From: a virus
Virus record (IMG/VR): IMGVR_UViG_3300009431_000003
Direction: 5' to 3' (one strand)
Length of the DNA: 64,000 nt
The notes beneath the pieces were generated by a model. That model did no database searches, was not told where the DNA came from, and saw only the letters and a program-made list of their open reading frames with translations. Shown piece by piece: positions 37,801-46,275 of this stretch (within the stretch, counting starts at the first letter, position 1; every line of letters begins with the position of its first letter). The position numbers were made by a program, and so were the translations under genes.

Positions 37801-38431
37801 GTCCTCGAATATTCTTCAACATCCCTGGTTCTATATCGTACTCATCGCCAGGAAACTCAGCCAGCACGGTAATATCCCAAAAATATAAACCGTCCTCAAA
37901 ATTAACTATCATGTCTTGAGCAGTAATTGAAAAAGTACCAATCGGGAAATATCTAAGTCCTGTGTTGGTGGAGCATTCTACACTTGGAGTAATATAGTCT
38001 GCTCTAGGATTCTCATAATATATCCTAACGGGTCCTATTGTACGCTTACCCTCTGAACGGACAATAAACATATTATCTGTCAGTTCTCCAACCTCTTCAG
38101 CAGTAAGCAGATCAGAATTTGCGAGACTTTGACGGAGCTTAATTTGTGTTTGGTCCCGCTTATAAGGATCAAGTATAAGAGTTTGGTTTTTTACTAGAAG
38201 ATCGTGCAGAACTGTACCTTCGCCAACAGTACCATCCCCCCAGGCCTGAGTGAGTCTGGTTTCTAAAAATTCTTTTGTTTTTGTAGATAAAGGATCAGGC
38301 GTCATTTTTTGTACAAGAGGCTGCACTACTTGCTTATCAAAAGCGCCGCCCTCAGCAGTAGAAACTGTCGGATCAAAAGCCGCCATAGCTTCCCGTAAAT
38401 ATTGTGCTATAATCTCAATTTCGCTAGCCAT
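31859..38431 (-). CDS. Baseplate wedge J/gp6-like protein, greatly enlarged (2190 aa)
   Basis: N-terminal J-like pattern (R..G....G.VR.Y...P...GLRY...A...G..Y.I.PG...TN....GG...T...L) and C-terminal J-like domain; follows the gp25-like gene. Confidence 0.7.
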   Translation of the reverse strand: MASEIEIIAQYLREAMAAFDPTVSTAEGGAFDKQVVQPLVQKMTPDPLSTKTKEFLETRLTQAWGDGTVGEGTVLHDLLVKNQTLILDPYKRDQTQIKLRQSLANSDLLTAEEVGELTDNMFIVRSEGKRTIGPVRIYYENPRADYITPSVECSTNTGLRYFPIGTFSITAQDMIVNFEDGLYFWDITVLAEFPGDEYDIEPGMLKNIRGQEGVHSITNKQRYKGGIPADTKADLLRKAESGNAEGSLNTGKGIQKTLYRLFPDLRAILAIGYRDVEMERDILKGALTGTALFSGTGLIFGDIFIGFDTWKFQDADGNTYVHQEGDFLEIYYSPTMFDLPPGTEEYDTFEIEKVYVNAGDLSFLADNIVVAKLDHRAEVDGSKILPVSFLIPAPYVWKRNMQRITLSDIPGGIKNPTTDYGTITVAENEIHIGGHTDIYLRGLNEEEKELRVQDIPTIEFIALGDGDTVTLEAVDPTMHPEVPLHETNRLHCVGRRLYEFGVRVGYQLWINSGENLGLFTVVGIEDIDDPVEVNESYLWVDRALAPDNPTAFKIFKDVVVDLRNIERFVLPYDGENIAGLSTDAGSNIVTLNENAGSFGVVAGDILQINEGPDTGEYSVLGVIIDNSPESNRKLRISRGMSAGRFNLEYRIVRREEGVEFPVITFHDLGILNSSQQKTGIDAVYGLPVDGRNQKAFSGATEASVGKYGLVMPDFASWFDMIEPPEGITNLDLEEVARIAREGGETIFEEILADYGYAGFDYTVQQLFEPEYLTYPPPYPNNPATGDPFKYPGQETDAASEKYPFGTTLRHTRLQALALLQCYDPTSDGYVFPVMVLDTFPPEHGQAKIVEVCIPKAFFDGKNNLFLGLPNISLGEIARWLESTERQNRGSLTLSVDTEAEEVVTPELYPPGRYDYAYRKPELTPSPIFDAKKGDILKIGDGKAKGSYLIKDTYPIELNFGGVFENWSTPQGAMPKWWPYVTGQTWPPVWYTPKDYPDGSSGTTDQYPEYAPHYWGSIIAFHAANWIYQNTEGNPAFPNPFTAADVLHWVKGFGIPTTPPYWWNDFGRITAANSDYIEWVVGVGPFLNGVAPPYWWPETDVIISCRFPTPQELYDDPALWPVLGQYPPEWFDSGPDPTAKDGSFTIPDEFLEKYLTGEEAIPGLDEFINFLGIPFVSPKTSLVGTTIKKMLGIHNAADWPPRFEPPVTKPIWYPSEDDWSAFANLKYPVGSPPSWWKEHLDGEWPGWVEAYGEYIPWQNTETGRYIFLEDYWGPDREARRDVRLQAGLAELECVFPGDPPGYGIPTLLESIAEGEFLEQLRPMFEKLLGEDMTDLLFEYAQKISDAYVEGKDLLAGVAPAGIGLILNALSVALNANNGKMPGFVILIYNLFSMFSVAGTDIIAGAFTSGTMLSDPLFDLGYDYGEDGDGSPEGSGGYLTATGAAIFNDSWELVKKIAGNVFTPYEVATPAKGAVRLFFNDPVSFTASSWCSNPTTFVAEHEDGELLFTTDPLHRYTLVPGQAASGEPNYTELPRELQIVEPWEGKVNFCSVDIPVPVLLELDTDHDKLEINEEWSPYGRLYSWLSYIGARWHKLTIDDGNEKWTTTYRMEVSAKMPEMNNISPVGVKTSTLSNVIQFPSVKAQPVHTGIEASVLSELVGDINIRPPMVDLTEGNVGDIVAVGDGEDEGLYKIIRWVDPFSVELDKSLAITTQKVLKAFATYFLYAEEGELWEYGENKNPEGNYLFAYPIAYDAESEDELLFPLTEEDAGRWVTLYGSSIADCDGTYQIMAVYDAPAFRATDVAIPGVYARLDRAESFPDTSAQFAYVDIITGNEYTGPMPPGEEIAPTVRLKCGMGCAAMHYNTGGATGKGEYQAVRPVRIYNGDPALYDITGWDKTLDPDEATLHIRSKNREIGTRVWQGEQQPFKLIREGIQRKTAGMMELQREGGLYYMDVDVISLQGGGASNLVANTRIEPILGTYQSDGYRIDVDDPNYTFSVDEEPKLRLPARVLPKASQDYPIFQVPLFGGNLAIGYTRSVDTQQVQSVISSDSERITNANQLARHFLPSYVSLNVTYAGDVEHSVLYQKVSELMQGLYGSDTLALSEIERVLYKLGVSVIDRDLWLYTLTHDLRRRLVGDRTNKIMGGMNEVAFKGSGRTTYFIPGSNKSIETDLSPGPGISFTRVASSRLTQ

Positions 38432-38439
38432 ATTATCTC

Positions 38440-39126
38440 CTACAAGAAACCTCCACCAGTAACCAATTTTGATAGATCCGATACATCAGTAAGCATATGC
38501 TGGCCTGTAGAGTTTACCAATGACATAGACACACCAGCCATTGTTTCCTCAGGACTAAAATTAACCCCTTCAAGCCGAGCATAGACCAGCTTCTCTTCAG
38601 GATCAAGGTTTGTTATATTTGATTGCATCTGCTTAAACTGGTTTTGTGTTGTAAGAATTGCTTCCATTGCCGCATTAGCAATGGATTCTTTTTTATTTGT
38701 TACTTGTTGCCCTATCATTGCCAATAAACCTCCTCCGTTATCTGGACGAAAAATATCGGTCCCAGGCGTTTGAAGCAACAACCGTAAAAAATTCTGTGTC
38801 AGCTTTAGGAACCCAGCTACAAGTTTAGGGCTCCTCCCGACTTCCCAATCTGTCAAGGAAATAGGGAACCCTGGCTCATGTTTATATCTAAGAACTCTCA
38901 GGCTTCTAAATTTATCATGAATTACTTGTTCAGGTAATTGTACAACAAGCCTAGTATTACTTGAAAGAATAAAAGAAGGAGCATCGAAGCCATTAATAAT
39001 AATACGCTCCACTCCTGTAAAATCATTTGAAAGAAGCACCAAATAAGGCGGGGCGCCGTCATAATACTGCACATCATTCAAATCTATTTCTGAAAGCAGC
39101 CTCATTATTAGGAGATCAAAGCCCAT
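38440..39126 (-). CDS. Baseplate wedge gp25-like protein with N-terminal IPT/TIG-like domain
   Basis: NDFTGVERIIING...NTRLVVQLP, then GFLKLTQNFLRLLLQTPGTDIFRPDNGGGL. Confidence 0.65.
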   Translation of the reverse strand: MGFDLLIMRLLSEIDLNDVQYYDGAPPYLVLLSNDFTGVERIIINGFDAPSFILSSNTRLVVQLPEQVIHDKFRSLRVLRYKHEPGFPISLTDWEVGRSPKLVAGFLKLTQNFLRLLLQTPGTDIFRPDNGGGLLAMIGQQVTNKKESIANAAMEAILTTQNQFKQMQSNITNLDPEEKLVYARLEGVNFSPEETMAGVSMSLVNSTGQHMLTDVSDLSKLVTGGGFL

Positions 39127-39362
39127 TACAAATTCCCAATCGCTTCAGTAATTTGTTGAATAAGAAAGTCTAACTCTTCTACTGCGGTCATCTCTCCTTC
39201 TTTTTCTGCCCATACCGGCACAGATGAGCGATTCAATGTTTCCGCATAGGCTGCCATTGATCCTTCAAACGAGTGAGAAGTTTTATTCTTCCTGTCTAAA
39301 GATGAGGCTCGTTGGGCCGCTGTCCTAAATACTGCCTCAATTTGATTCGCATCAATAGTCAT
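39126..39362 (-). CDS. Hypothetical protein
   Basis: 78 aa, TAATG-coupled on both sides. Confidence 0.7.
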   Translation of the reverse strand: MTIDANQIEAVFRTAAQRASSLDRKNKTSHSFEGSMAAYAETLNRSSVPVWAEKEGEMTAVEELDFLIQQITEAIGNL

Positions 39363-42300
39363 TATGTCTCAAACCCTCCACCAAAATCTTTACCTGATTT
39401 TATCTTACCCTCAAAACCAATCTGTACATTAAATGCAGCTTCTGCTCCAGAAGTAACCTCTGTCGCTTCTTTAATCATCTCGGTATTTTTCACCATTGTC
39501 GCTGTTGCAGAAATTAGTGCTTGTATTGCTCCAAAAGTTCTAGCGGTAATCTCATTCATCTCAAAAAAACTTTCTATATCCCCAATTTGCAATGCCTGAG
39601 CTGCCCTATCGTACCCGAGATCAGTGAGTTTCTCAATAAATTCAGTAATCGAGGAAACCCCTTCTTGTGTATTTATAACAAAACTCCCCAGCAACGCCTC
39701 TATATCTCCCGATAAATTAAAAGCAGCAAGTGTCCCCTCGAAGTCAAATAAATCTTCTGTCCCAAGTAATTCTCCTATATCTGCAAAAAAGTCCGAATCA
39801 CTTCCAGCAAGCAGCTCCGCCATATCTATCAACCCTTCCAGCACCTCCACAAACTTACTTGGATCAAAAATATCCGTACCAAATTCGAAAATATCTGTAG
39901 GAATTTCCATAAAAGGTTCTTGGTCTATTTTCCCAAGCTCTATCGGATCTGTATAAATAGCAGGGTCTGTATCCATAGTACTTGGGGGTACCTTTTGGTA
40001 CGCCTGCCCAGAAATATCCTTTCCCACTGCATTGGTTCTGGGTATTCCCGGGCGTGCTTTAATAAACATAGAAGGGGTATATCTATAAGCCTTCATCCCT
40101 TTTAGTGGAGCAAACTCAGAGTCATCACTTCCAAAAACAAAGCCCCCAGAAAAAGGAAGAGGGTAAGGAGGTAGATCATCGGCAGATAAAGCTGGCCCAG
40201 ACAACTCGTTATATACATTATCTCCTGGAGGCTCAATATCTGGGATATCATAAGGGGTCTCTGGCTCTTTGAAAGATTCAATCTCGAAAGTAACTGGTGG
40301 GTTAAGTAAGCTAACAACCATGTTAAGCTTAATTCCTAAAGCTTGTGGATCTGCAACAATCTTCTTTTTAGTCCCACCGTGGGTTCTACCAGCTAAAACA
40401 AAACGGTTTGCAGCATACCTATACGTCTTTGCTTCAATTCCTAAAGAATCAAGGAGAGCAGCATCGCCACTAATATCAATAATTGCTGTTTCGTCTGTAG
40501 CAAGAGGCTTCAACTGAAGCTTCTCAATAACTAACTTACCACTAACCTGACCCATATCCAAAAAAGGAAAGGAGCTACATTCCCCATAAAAGTTGCCTGT
40601 TATTGTCTTAGCACCATAATCAATATCATAGATATAAACTTTTCCAAGAGAGGTCTCAAGAGCTACCCCTAAAGGTACCGTATTCACCCAGTTATCTATT
40701 GCCTCTTCGTCTGCCAAAGAAAATGTAAGTGCCGGAATTTCCGGAGGGTCTACGTCCTCAGATTCATAGAGCCAGATTAATTCTCCAGTTTTTTCCGTTC
40801 GGGCAATTGTCCCTTCAACCATTTCAGTTATATCAGTTTCTCCATCCAGCGCCTTTGTTGTCAAAATAACATCTAAAATAGTTTGGGCATCAATGTACGG
40901 ATAATATGACAAATCCCCGTACCTACTAAATTGCCCCAAAACAGAACTTGACGTACTTCTAGTTTCAAAGGCAGACGGTCCTACTGTTGGATTACCTGGG
41001 TGTGGTTTTGTTCCTGGAAGAGGTATAAAATCCGGCTTGTACCATACAGCCGTAGCCGTAGGCATTTCAACTACATTAATTGATCCTATTTCATGAGAAT
41101 AATAAGCTTTATATTCATTAGGCCTTATCCTAGAAATAGTACCGGGAATTGCAGGATCATATTGCTGTGTCCTCTTTATATGCTTAAAAACAAAAGGGCT
41201 TATCGGAGCAGAAGCAGACCAGCTCCCAGTATCACAGACCATTTTGGATATTGAAATATCCATAAGCATACTTCCATCAGAGATCTTACTTGCAATTTCC
41301 CATGATTGTATATCAAAAACACAATGCTCTAAAACCTCAATAAAACCAGAGTTTACATCCCCAAATAAGTATAACGAACCCGCATCTGGAGACACTGCAA
41401 TGACACCGGAAACCCCTGACATACTATTAATATAGTCAACAAAATTAGCTAGGGGCATCCTCGCAATAAAATCTTCACAGGTAGGGTCTGTAGGGTCTCC
41501 TTGTACTAAATAAGGTATCCACTCATCAAAAGGAGCTGAAATTGCCACAGCCTCTGTGTCAAGATTATCGTGTGGCGACTCATAAGGAGGCACAGTTGTC
41601 TGTGGTGTCCGTACAAACAATTTATTACTCCCAATAAGAGTAGTACTCTGCCATGTTAAGACCACCTCATCTATACCGGAAAGAGTAAATAGTTTTAGCC
41701 GCGGGCGGTTTCTGGTATCAACCACCGCCCCGGAAGCACCACCTGAAGGTATCTCTGCAAACTTTACAATAAAGGTTGTTGGAGGATCACCCACCCGAAT
41801 AATCATTTCTCCTGTACCAGTTGCATCTAATCTATAAGGCGCCGGCGCTGCCTCTACTAAAGGACGTACAAAAGGCTTAACTGGGTACAATTCAAGGGTG
41901 TTTCCAGCAGGGATTTTTTGCGCGGGAGGAATGTTACCTCCACCAATTACCGCCTTCTTACTAGCTTTTGTCTTTTGTGCAGTGGAAGAAATCAAAGCTC
42001 TAAAAGCTTCAGTGTATGTAAGTACCTCATCCGCGTTCGCCATTATATTACTAGAGTCATTACTTACCCATTGAGCTATCTGTTCTGTAGTTTTGCTTAT
42101 GTTCTGTACCAAAACTCTGGTAGCTTTATTCGCAATATATTCTCTCTTACTGTTAAAAGTGTCTATTAGTCCGCCCAACAGCTCAAGCTCTCTAAAAAGG
42201 CGGCGCCACTCATAAGCTATCTGCCCAAGAATAGGATTTATTTCTTCCTTTGCCTTTTCTTTTGTTGGAAGAAGAAAAAGAGACTCGTTATTGGACCGTA

Positions 42301-42703
42301 TATTTCCTTTACTCATCCCCATAGCTTTACGTAACGAATCTCCCACAGCACCAATAGCGTTCCAGATAGGTCCTATTGCTTGCTTTCCGGAACTGAAATT
42401 GTCAAACTTCTTTACAGAATCAACTACAGCATGCAGATTATTCAACTTTTCGGGAAGATCAGATACTGGAGCGTCTTTTACTTGTGTAAGGCTTAGAGCG
42501 GCCATAAATATAGGTTTCAGGTTCTCTATTCTGGAAGTTGCTTTTTGGGCGGCAACATACGCTAAGTCATAGACTAGATTGGGATTTAAATGCAGGAGTA
42601 GTAAGAACTCGTCTTGGTGAGACTTAAAAAACCGCTTGGTCTCTCTTTCGCCCCCAGACAGTACATCGTTTATAGCCCTTTTGATAGAGGCTTTTTTGAT
42701 CAT
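39362..42703 (-). CDS. Large hypothetical virion protein (1113 aa)
   Basis: Helical N- and C-termini around a beta-rich middle; TAATG-coupled within the structural operon. Confidence 0.65.
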   Translation of the reverse strand: MIKKASIKRAINDVLSGGERETKRFFKSHQDEFLLLLHLNPNLVYDLAYVAAQKATSRIENLKPIFMAALSLTQVKDAPVSDLPEKLNNLHAVVDSVKKFDNFSSGKQAIGPIWNAIGAVGDSLRKAMGMSKGNIRSNNESLFLLPTKEKAKEEINPILGQIAYEWRRLFRELELLGGLIDTFNSKREYIANKATRVLVQNISKTTEQIAQWVSNDSSNIMANADEVLTYTEAFRALISSTAQKTKASKKAVIGGGNIPPAQKIPAGNTLELYPVKPFVRPLVEAAPAPYRLDATGTGEMIIRVGDPPTTFIVKFAEIPSGGASGAVVDTRNRPRLKLFTLSGIDEVVLTWQSTTLIGSNKLFVRTPQTTVPPYESPHDNLDTEAVAISAPFDEWIPYLVQGDPTDPTCEDFIARMPLANFVDYINSMSGVSGVIAVSPDAGSLYLFGDVNSGFIEVLEHCVFDIQSWEIASKISDGSMLMDISISKMVCDTGSWSASAPISPFVFKHIKRTQQYDPAIPGTISRIRPNEYKAYYSHEIGSINVVEMPTATAVWYKPDFIPLPGTKPHPGNPTVGPSAFETRSTSSSVLGQFSRYGDLSYYPYIDAQTILDVILTTKALDGETDITEMVEGTIARTEKTGELIWLYESEDVDPPEIPALTFSLADEEAIDNWVNTVPLGVALETSLGKVYIYDIDYGAKTITGNFYGECSSFPFLDMGQVSGKLVIEKLQLKPLATDETAIIDISGDAALLDSLGIEAKTYRYAANRFVLAGRTHGGTKKKIVADPQALGIKLNMVVSLLNPPVTFEIESFKEPETPYDIPDIEPPGDNVYNELSGPALSADDLPPYPLPFSGGFVFGSDDSEFAPLKGMKAYRYTPSMFIKARPGIPRTNAVGKDISGQAYQKVPPSTMDTDPAIYTDPIELGKIDQEPFMEIPTDIFEFGTDIFDPSKFVEVLEGLIDMAELLAGSDSDFFADIGELLGTEDLFDFEGTLAAFNLSGDIEALLGSFVINTQEGVSSITEFIEKLTDLGYDRAAQALQIGDIESFFEMNEITARTFGAIQALISATATMVKNTEMIKEATEVTSGAEAAFNVQIGFEGKIKSGKDFGGGFET

Positions 42704-43629
42704 TAATGCACCGTAATTGCAACTTCTGTCACCACAAGTTCAGGTTCTGGAAGCACTTCATCAGTGGCATCTGATTTAACCACGGCTGAAATTGTACACG
42801 TACCGGGTTTCGCGCCAGTGACTCTCATGCCTTCGCCCTCCCAGCGGTAGGTAATAACTCCGGCCACGCTGTCGTCAAATGTCAAAGTAATCCATGATAG
42901 AGCGGCAATGCCGGAAACTTCTCTTGTATCTGATAATAGAAGAGATATATCAACATCTTCTGTCTCCTCTATTGCTAAATTTATTACTGCAGGCGACATA
43001 CTAAGCTGAGCCGGCCTAACAAATAGACATTTGCTCAATTCATGCCTCGCCCGGTCGGGTACATGAACAGTAAAAATATAGTCCTCAAAACCATCGATCC
43101 TTACAGAGTATATCCCTCCGCGAATCATATCCGCAAACACTACACCATTAGCATCGGCATAGATATCTTTCCCTTTAGCAACAACCATATAACTCCCAGG
43201 CCCAAGAGCCACAGGAGACCTATCAAGTCGGAGACGGACCCTCCCATTACTTATAGGAGTACCATCATTGTGGATCAATGTTGTATATAATCTACAAAAC
43301 CGAGGGTCCAAAGCTTCCCCTACGCCCTCCAATAAATGACCATAAAGATCAAAATCATTTGGAGTTCCTGGGTCTTCCGGCTCAACTACTTGTATATACT
43401 GAGGCGATTGAAAGGAGACCCCAAGTTTAAATAATCGAAGCTGATACTCTTGGCCTCCATACGCTATCGCTCCTTCAAGAAGAAATTCAACCATTCCATT
43501 AACATCTGTTGTTCCACTAGTAATTAAAATAACTCCTGCACTATCATACACCTGAACAAGTACATCCTCCAAAAAAGTAGAAGGAACATCATCAGTAGAA
43601 ATAAAAATATGTACAGGTACTGCCATCAC
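42703..43629 (-). CDS. Structural protein with carboxypeptidase-regulatory/transthyretin-like and Ig-like domains
   Basis: VLVQVYD.G.....GTTD.NG.V.F.L...Y.L pattern; C-terminal Big_2-like MSPAVINLAIEE...V.G.KPGTCTI.A. Confidence 0.55.
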   Translation of the reverse strand: MMAVPVHIFISTDDVPSTFLEDVLVQVYDSAGVILITSGTTDVNGMVEFLLEGAIAYGGQEYQLRLFKLGVSFQSPQYIQVVEPEDPGTPNDFDLYGHLLEGVGEALDPRFCRLYTTLIHNDGTPISNGRVRLRLDRSPVALGPGSYMVVAKGKDIYADANGVVFADMIRGGIYSVRIDGFEDYIFTVHVPDRARHELSKCLFVRPAQLSMSPAVINLAIEETEDVDISLLLSDTREVSGIAALSWITLTFDDSVAGVITYRWEGEGMRVTGAKPGTCTISAVVKSDATDEVLPEPELVVTEVAITVH

Positions 43630-44570
43630 ATCCTCATATTAGGGTTGTACCCAAGATACATTCCATGTGTTTGCGGATTCTGCATTGCAGCAGTTTGCCT
43701 TGCCTGTTGTCTCCGACCACGCACCCCAAAATATCCACCTACACCAAGAGCGCCAGCTCCACCTGCACCAATCATAGCTTTTGTCCCTAAACCCATTCCC
43801 GGCTTTGCAGCACCAAATAAAGCACCTCTCATTAATTGCTTACCTCCTTGAGCTACCGCCCTCCCCCAAATAGGGGACGTAGCAATTAAAGCCGCTAATG
43901 TGCCGCCGGCTACCAATTTCCCTTTATTTGTTCTTAGAAAATTTATTCCTTTGTTAATACCTCGCGCAGTTTGTTGGTGTCCTACTGTACTTATTGCTGT
44001 ATTTACTCCGGGGCCTGATACGCCAGGCATAAATGCCTTAGATCCTCGTTGGGCTTTTAGCATCGCTTGTATTTCAGGGAAAGTCATACCTTTACCTGAA
44101 ATATGAACACCCTCCATCTGCTTTCCTGCCAAGGCAAACCGCCGCTTTGTAGGTGCTTTAAAGAGCCCGCCTTCTAAAGTCTTCATACCCTGGCCGAGCT
44201 GTTTCATACCTTGGCTTCCTGCTTGTCTTCCAGAAAGTTCTGTGAAAGCTTTCCCTACTCCTTTTATGCCTCCTCCTCCCCTGGCCACAGTAGATAGAAA
44301 ACTCTCCACCCCACCGACAATACCAGGAAGCTTAGAAGCAAAGCCCTCTAAGAGCTTACCAATTGACAAAGCATTAATAGCAACTTTTTCTCGACCAAAC
44401 TCAACAACAGGGTACATTGACTGACCAATTATCTCATCAACTACAGCATGGCCTAGAGTATTCAATTTTTGATACCCTACACCAAAAGCCTCAGAAGCAA
44501 TTTTATTCCGGAGTAGGATCATGGAGGTTTTATTTTTTATCTCTGTACGGAGTGCCTCCTTTAAAATCAT
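43626..44570 (-). CDS. Gly/Lys/Ala-rich basic protein with hydrophobic glycine-zipper-like segments
   Basis: 314 aa with GKLVAGGTLAALIA and IGAGGAGALGVGGYFGV segments; coupled overlaps with both neighbours. Confidence 0.65.
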   Translation of the reverse strand: MILKEALRTEIKNKTSMILLRNKIASEAFGVGYQKLNTLGHAVVDEIIGQSMYPVVEFGREKVAINALSIGKLLEGFASKLPGIVGGVESFLSTVARGGGGIKGVGKAFTELSGRQAGSQGMKQLGQGMKTLEGGLFKAPTKRRFALAGKQMEGVHISGKGMTFPEIQAMLKAQRGSKAFMPGVSGPGVNTAISTVGHQQTARGINKGINFLRTNKGKLVAGGTLAALIATSPIWGRAVAQGGKQLMRGALFGAAKPGMGLGTKAMIGAGGAGALGVGGYFGVRGRRQQARQTAAMQNPQTHGMYLGYNPNMRM

Positions 44571-45535
44571 GGCGACCTCCTCACAGCATAAGTTTTCCCG
44601 GTACGAACAACCTCGAAAGCGTCCGGCTGGGAAGCTTCAACGGTCATCACATTAAATGAGTCTTCGTCCGGCACTATAAACTCCCGTATAAAACTTTGGC
44701 CTACTAACACTACCTTCACACTTGCTCCACGAATAAGGTCTATAGAAGCTTCTCCCTTCCCGTCTGTAACAATACTGAGGTACTCTTTCCCAAACAATAC
44801 CCCATAATCTTTTTGAGGAAAAGGAGGAAGAAGATAAAACCTTACTTCAACATCTGAAACAGGGACACCGGACCCGTCCACTAACTTAACCTCAGCGGAA
44901 GAAAGGTCTTCTGGTGGGGCAATAGTACCTGATACTCCCTGGAACGGGTCAGAAAGATCACTCTCCAATCCGGTATCAAGGTTTATATAAGTACAACGAT
45001 ACCATGCTGTTTCTTCTCCCGAAAAGTCTATAAAGTGATACTGGAGAATATTTTCAAATAGTTTTATATGCTGACCAAATCCAATTACAGTCCCAATAGT
45101 AAGCCCCAATGCAGAGACAGCAGTGCCTCCAAGAACCTCAATAGTTGACTCCCGTCCCTGTACAGGGGATTGTATAATATATCTATGCGGGTTCGACAGT
45201 AAGAGCGTAGCAGGCGAATACCGCAGCTCTTGATAGAATTGAGCATTAATAGTCTGAATTGCCTGAATTACTGTCATTGGCTGAGAGTAATCGAAGGAAA
45301 TATCCTGCATAGGATCCCGATCAATCTTCAGTTGTAGATTCCCTCCCCCACTCAAATCCCAGGGTTCATCTGAGGGAGCTTCTATAATTGCAGCAACAGG
45401 CTGGCTGTCAGATATAGGCTCATAAATAAGCTCACCATATGGGCCTATATCTGCCCTGTATATCTTAATGTGAGAATATTGTGGCAAGATTAGGTCCACA
45501 TCTGGGACATCAATCGTTAGTTCGATGACAGCCAT
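44567..45535 (-). CDS. Structural protein, partial paralog of 42703..43629
   Basis: C-terminal LVDGSGVPVSDVEVRF...TDGKGEASIDLIRG...VPD aligns by eye with LIHNDGTPISNGRVRL...ADANGVVFADMIRG...VPD. Confidence 0.65.
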   Translation of the reverse strand: MAVIELTIDVPDVDLILPQYSHIKIYRADIGPYGELIYEPISDSQPVAAIIEAPSDEPWDLSGGGNLQLKIDRDPMQDISFDYSQPMTVIQAIQTINAQFYQELRYSPATLLLSNPHRYIIQSPVQGRESTIEVLGGTAVSALGLTIGTVIGFGQHIKLFENILQYHFIDFSGEETAWYRCTYINLDTGLESDLSDPFQGVSGTIAPPEDLSSAEVKLVDGSGVPVSDVEVRFYLLPPFPQKDYGVLFGKEYLSIVTDGKGEASIDLIRGASVKVVLVGQSFIREFIVPDEDSFNVMTVEASQPDAFEVVRTGKTYAVRRSP

Positions 45536-45547
45536 CGTTTGCCTTTC

Positions 45548-45970
45548 TTATCCGTTTGCGGAGGTTTCCGCTTCGGTTTTTTCTGTTTCGGCGCCAAGAC
45601 TCTTCCCTTGCTGATTATTGGCTTTGACATTATCTTTCTCCACTCCCTGCTTAGGGCTTTTCTTCATATTTTCCAGCATATTCTTCTGGAATTGTTGCTG
45701 TCGGAGTGCCTGGGCAGTCATTTGTCCTTTACCAGATATTGGATCAATCTCAAAAAATGTGAGATCCTGTCCATATTTGTCACTCATTTCTTTAATGGTG
45801 TTGTGGAAGGCTGTACGAAAATCCTGTACATCCCTACTTGCCAACATGGTCTCTTTCCTTGCCAGCTCAACCCGGCGCACCGCATCTTGTTCCTGGAGCC
45901 GCAGCATCTCAAGTAGCCGGGCGTCAGCAGGGTCCATCTGGACTTGCGGTTTCTGTGGTTGTTCACTCAT
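45548..45970 (-). CDS. Coiled-coil hypothetical protein
   Basis: 140 aa, GGAGGAAG RBS, heptad-like LLEMLRLQEQDAVRRVEL. Confidence 0.75.
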   Translation of the reverse strand: MSEQPQKPQVQMDPADARLLEMLRLQEQDAVRRVELARKETMLASRDVQDFRTAFHNTIKEMSDKYGQDLTFFEIDPISGKGQMTAQALRQQQFQKNMLENMKKSPKQGVEKDNVKANNQQGKSLGAETEKTEAETSANG

Positions 45971-45986
45971 GTCTTCCTCCTCTTTA

Positions 45987-46265
45987 TTAAATATTTAACA
46001 CGTCACCTAAATTACCATCAAAGTCAAAAAGATCTTCCACAGAAGAATATCTGTATACATAATCAGCAGAAGCAGAGCCTCCAAGCTGTCCGGAAAGTTC
46101 CTCAGCAAAAGCAGCTTCCTCAATAAGCTCTGCCTTTTCCTGCTCAAAAGCCGCTATCATTACAGAGGCGGAGGCAGCTAATAGTGCTTTCGAAGCATTC
46201 TGCTCCATCTGCGCTTGCTGTTCTAGCTTATTCAAATTCGCAGCAGCATTTGGATCTCCTATCAT
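45987..46265 (-). CDS. Hypothetical protein
   Basis: 92 aa, GGAGGAAGG RBS. Confidence 0.7.
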   Translation of the reverse strand: MIGDPNAAANLNKLEQQAQMEQNASKALLAASASVMIAAFEQEKAELIEEAAFAEELSGQLGGSASADYVYRYSSVEDLFDFDGNLGDVLNI

Positions 46266-46275
46266 GCCTTCCTCC

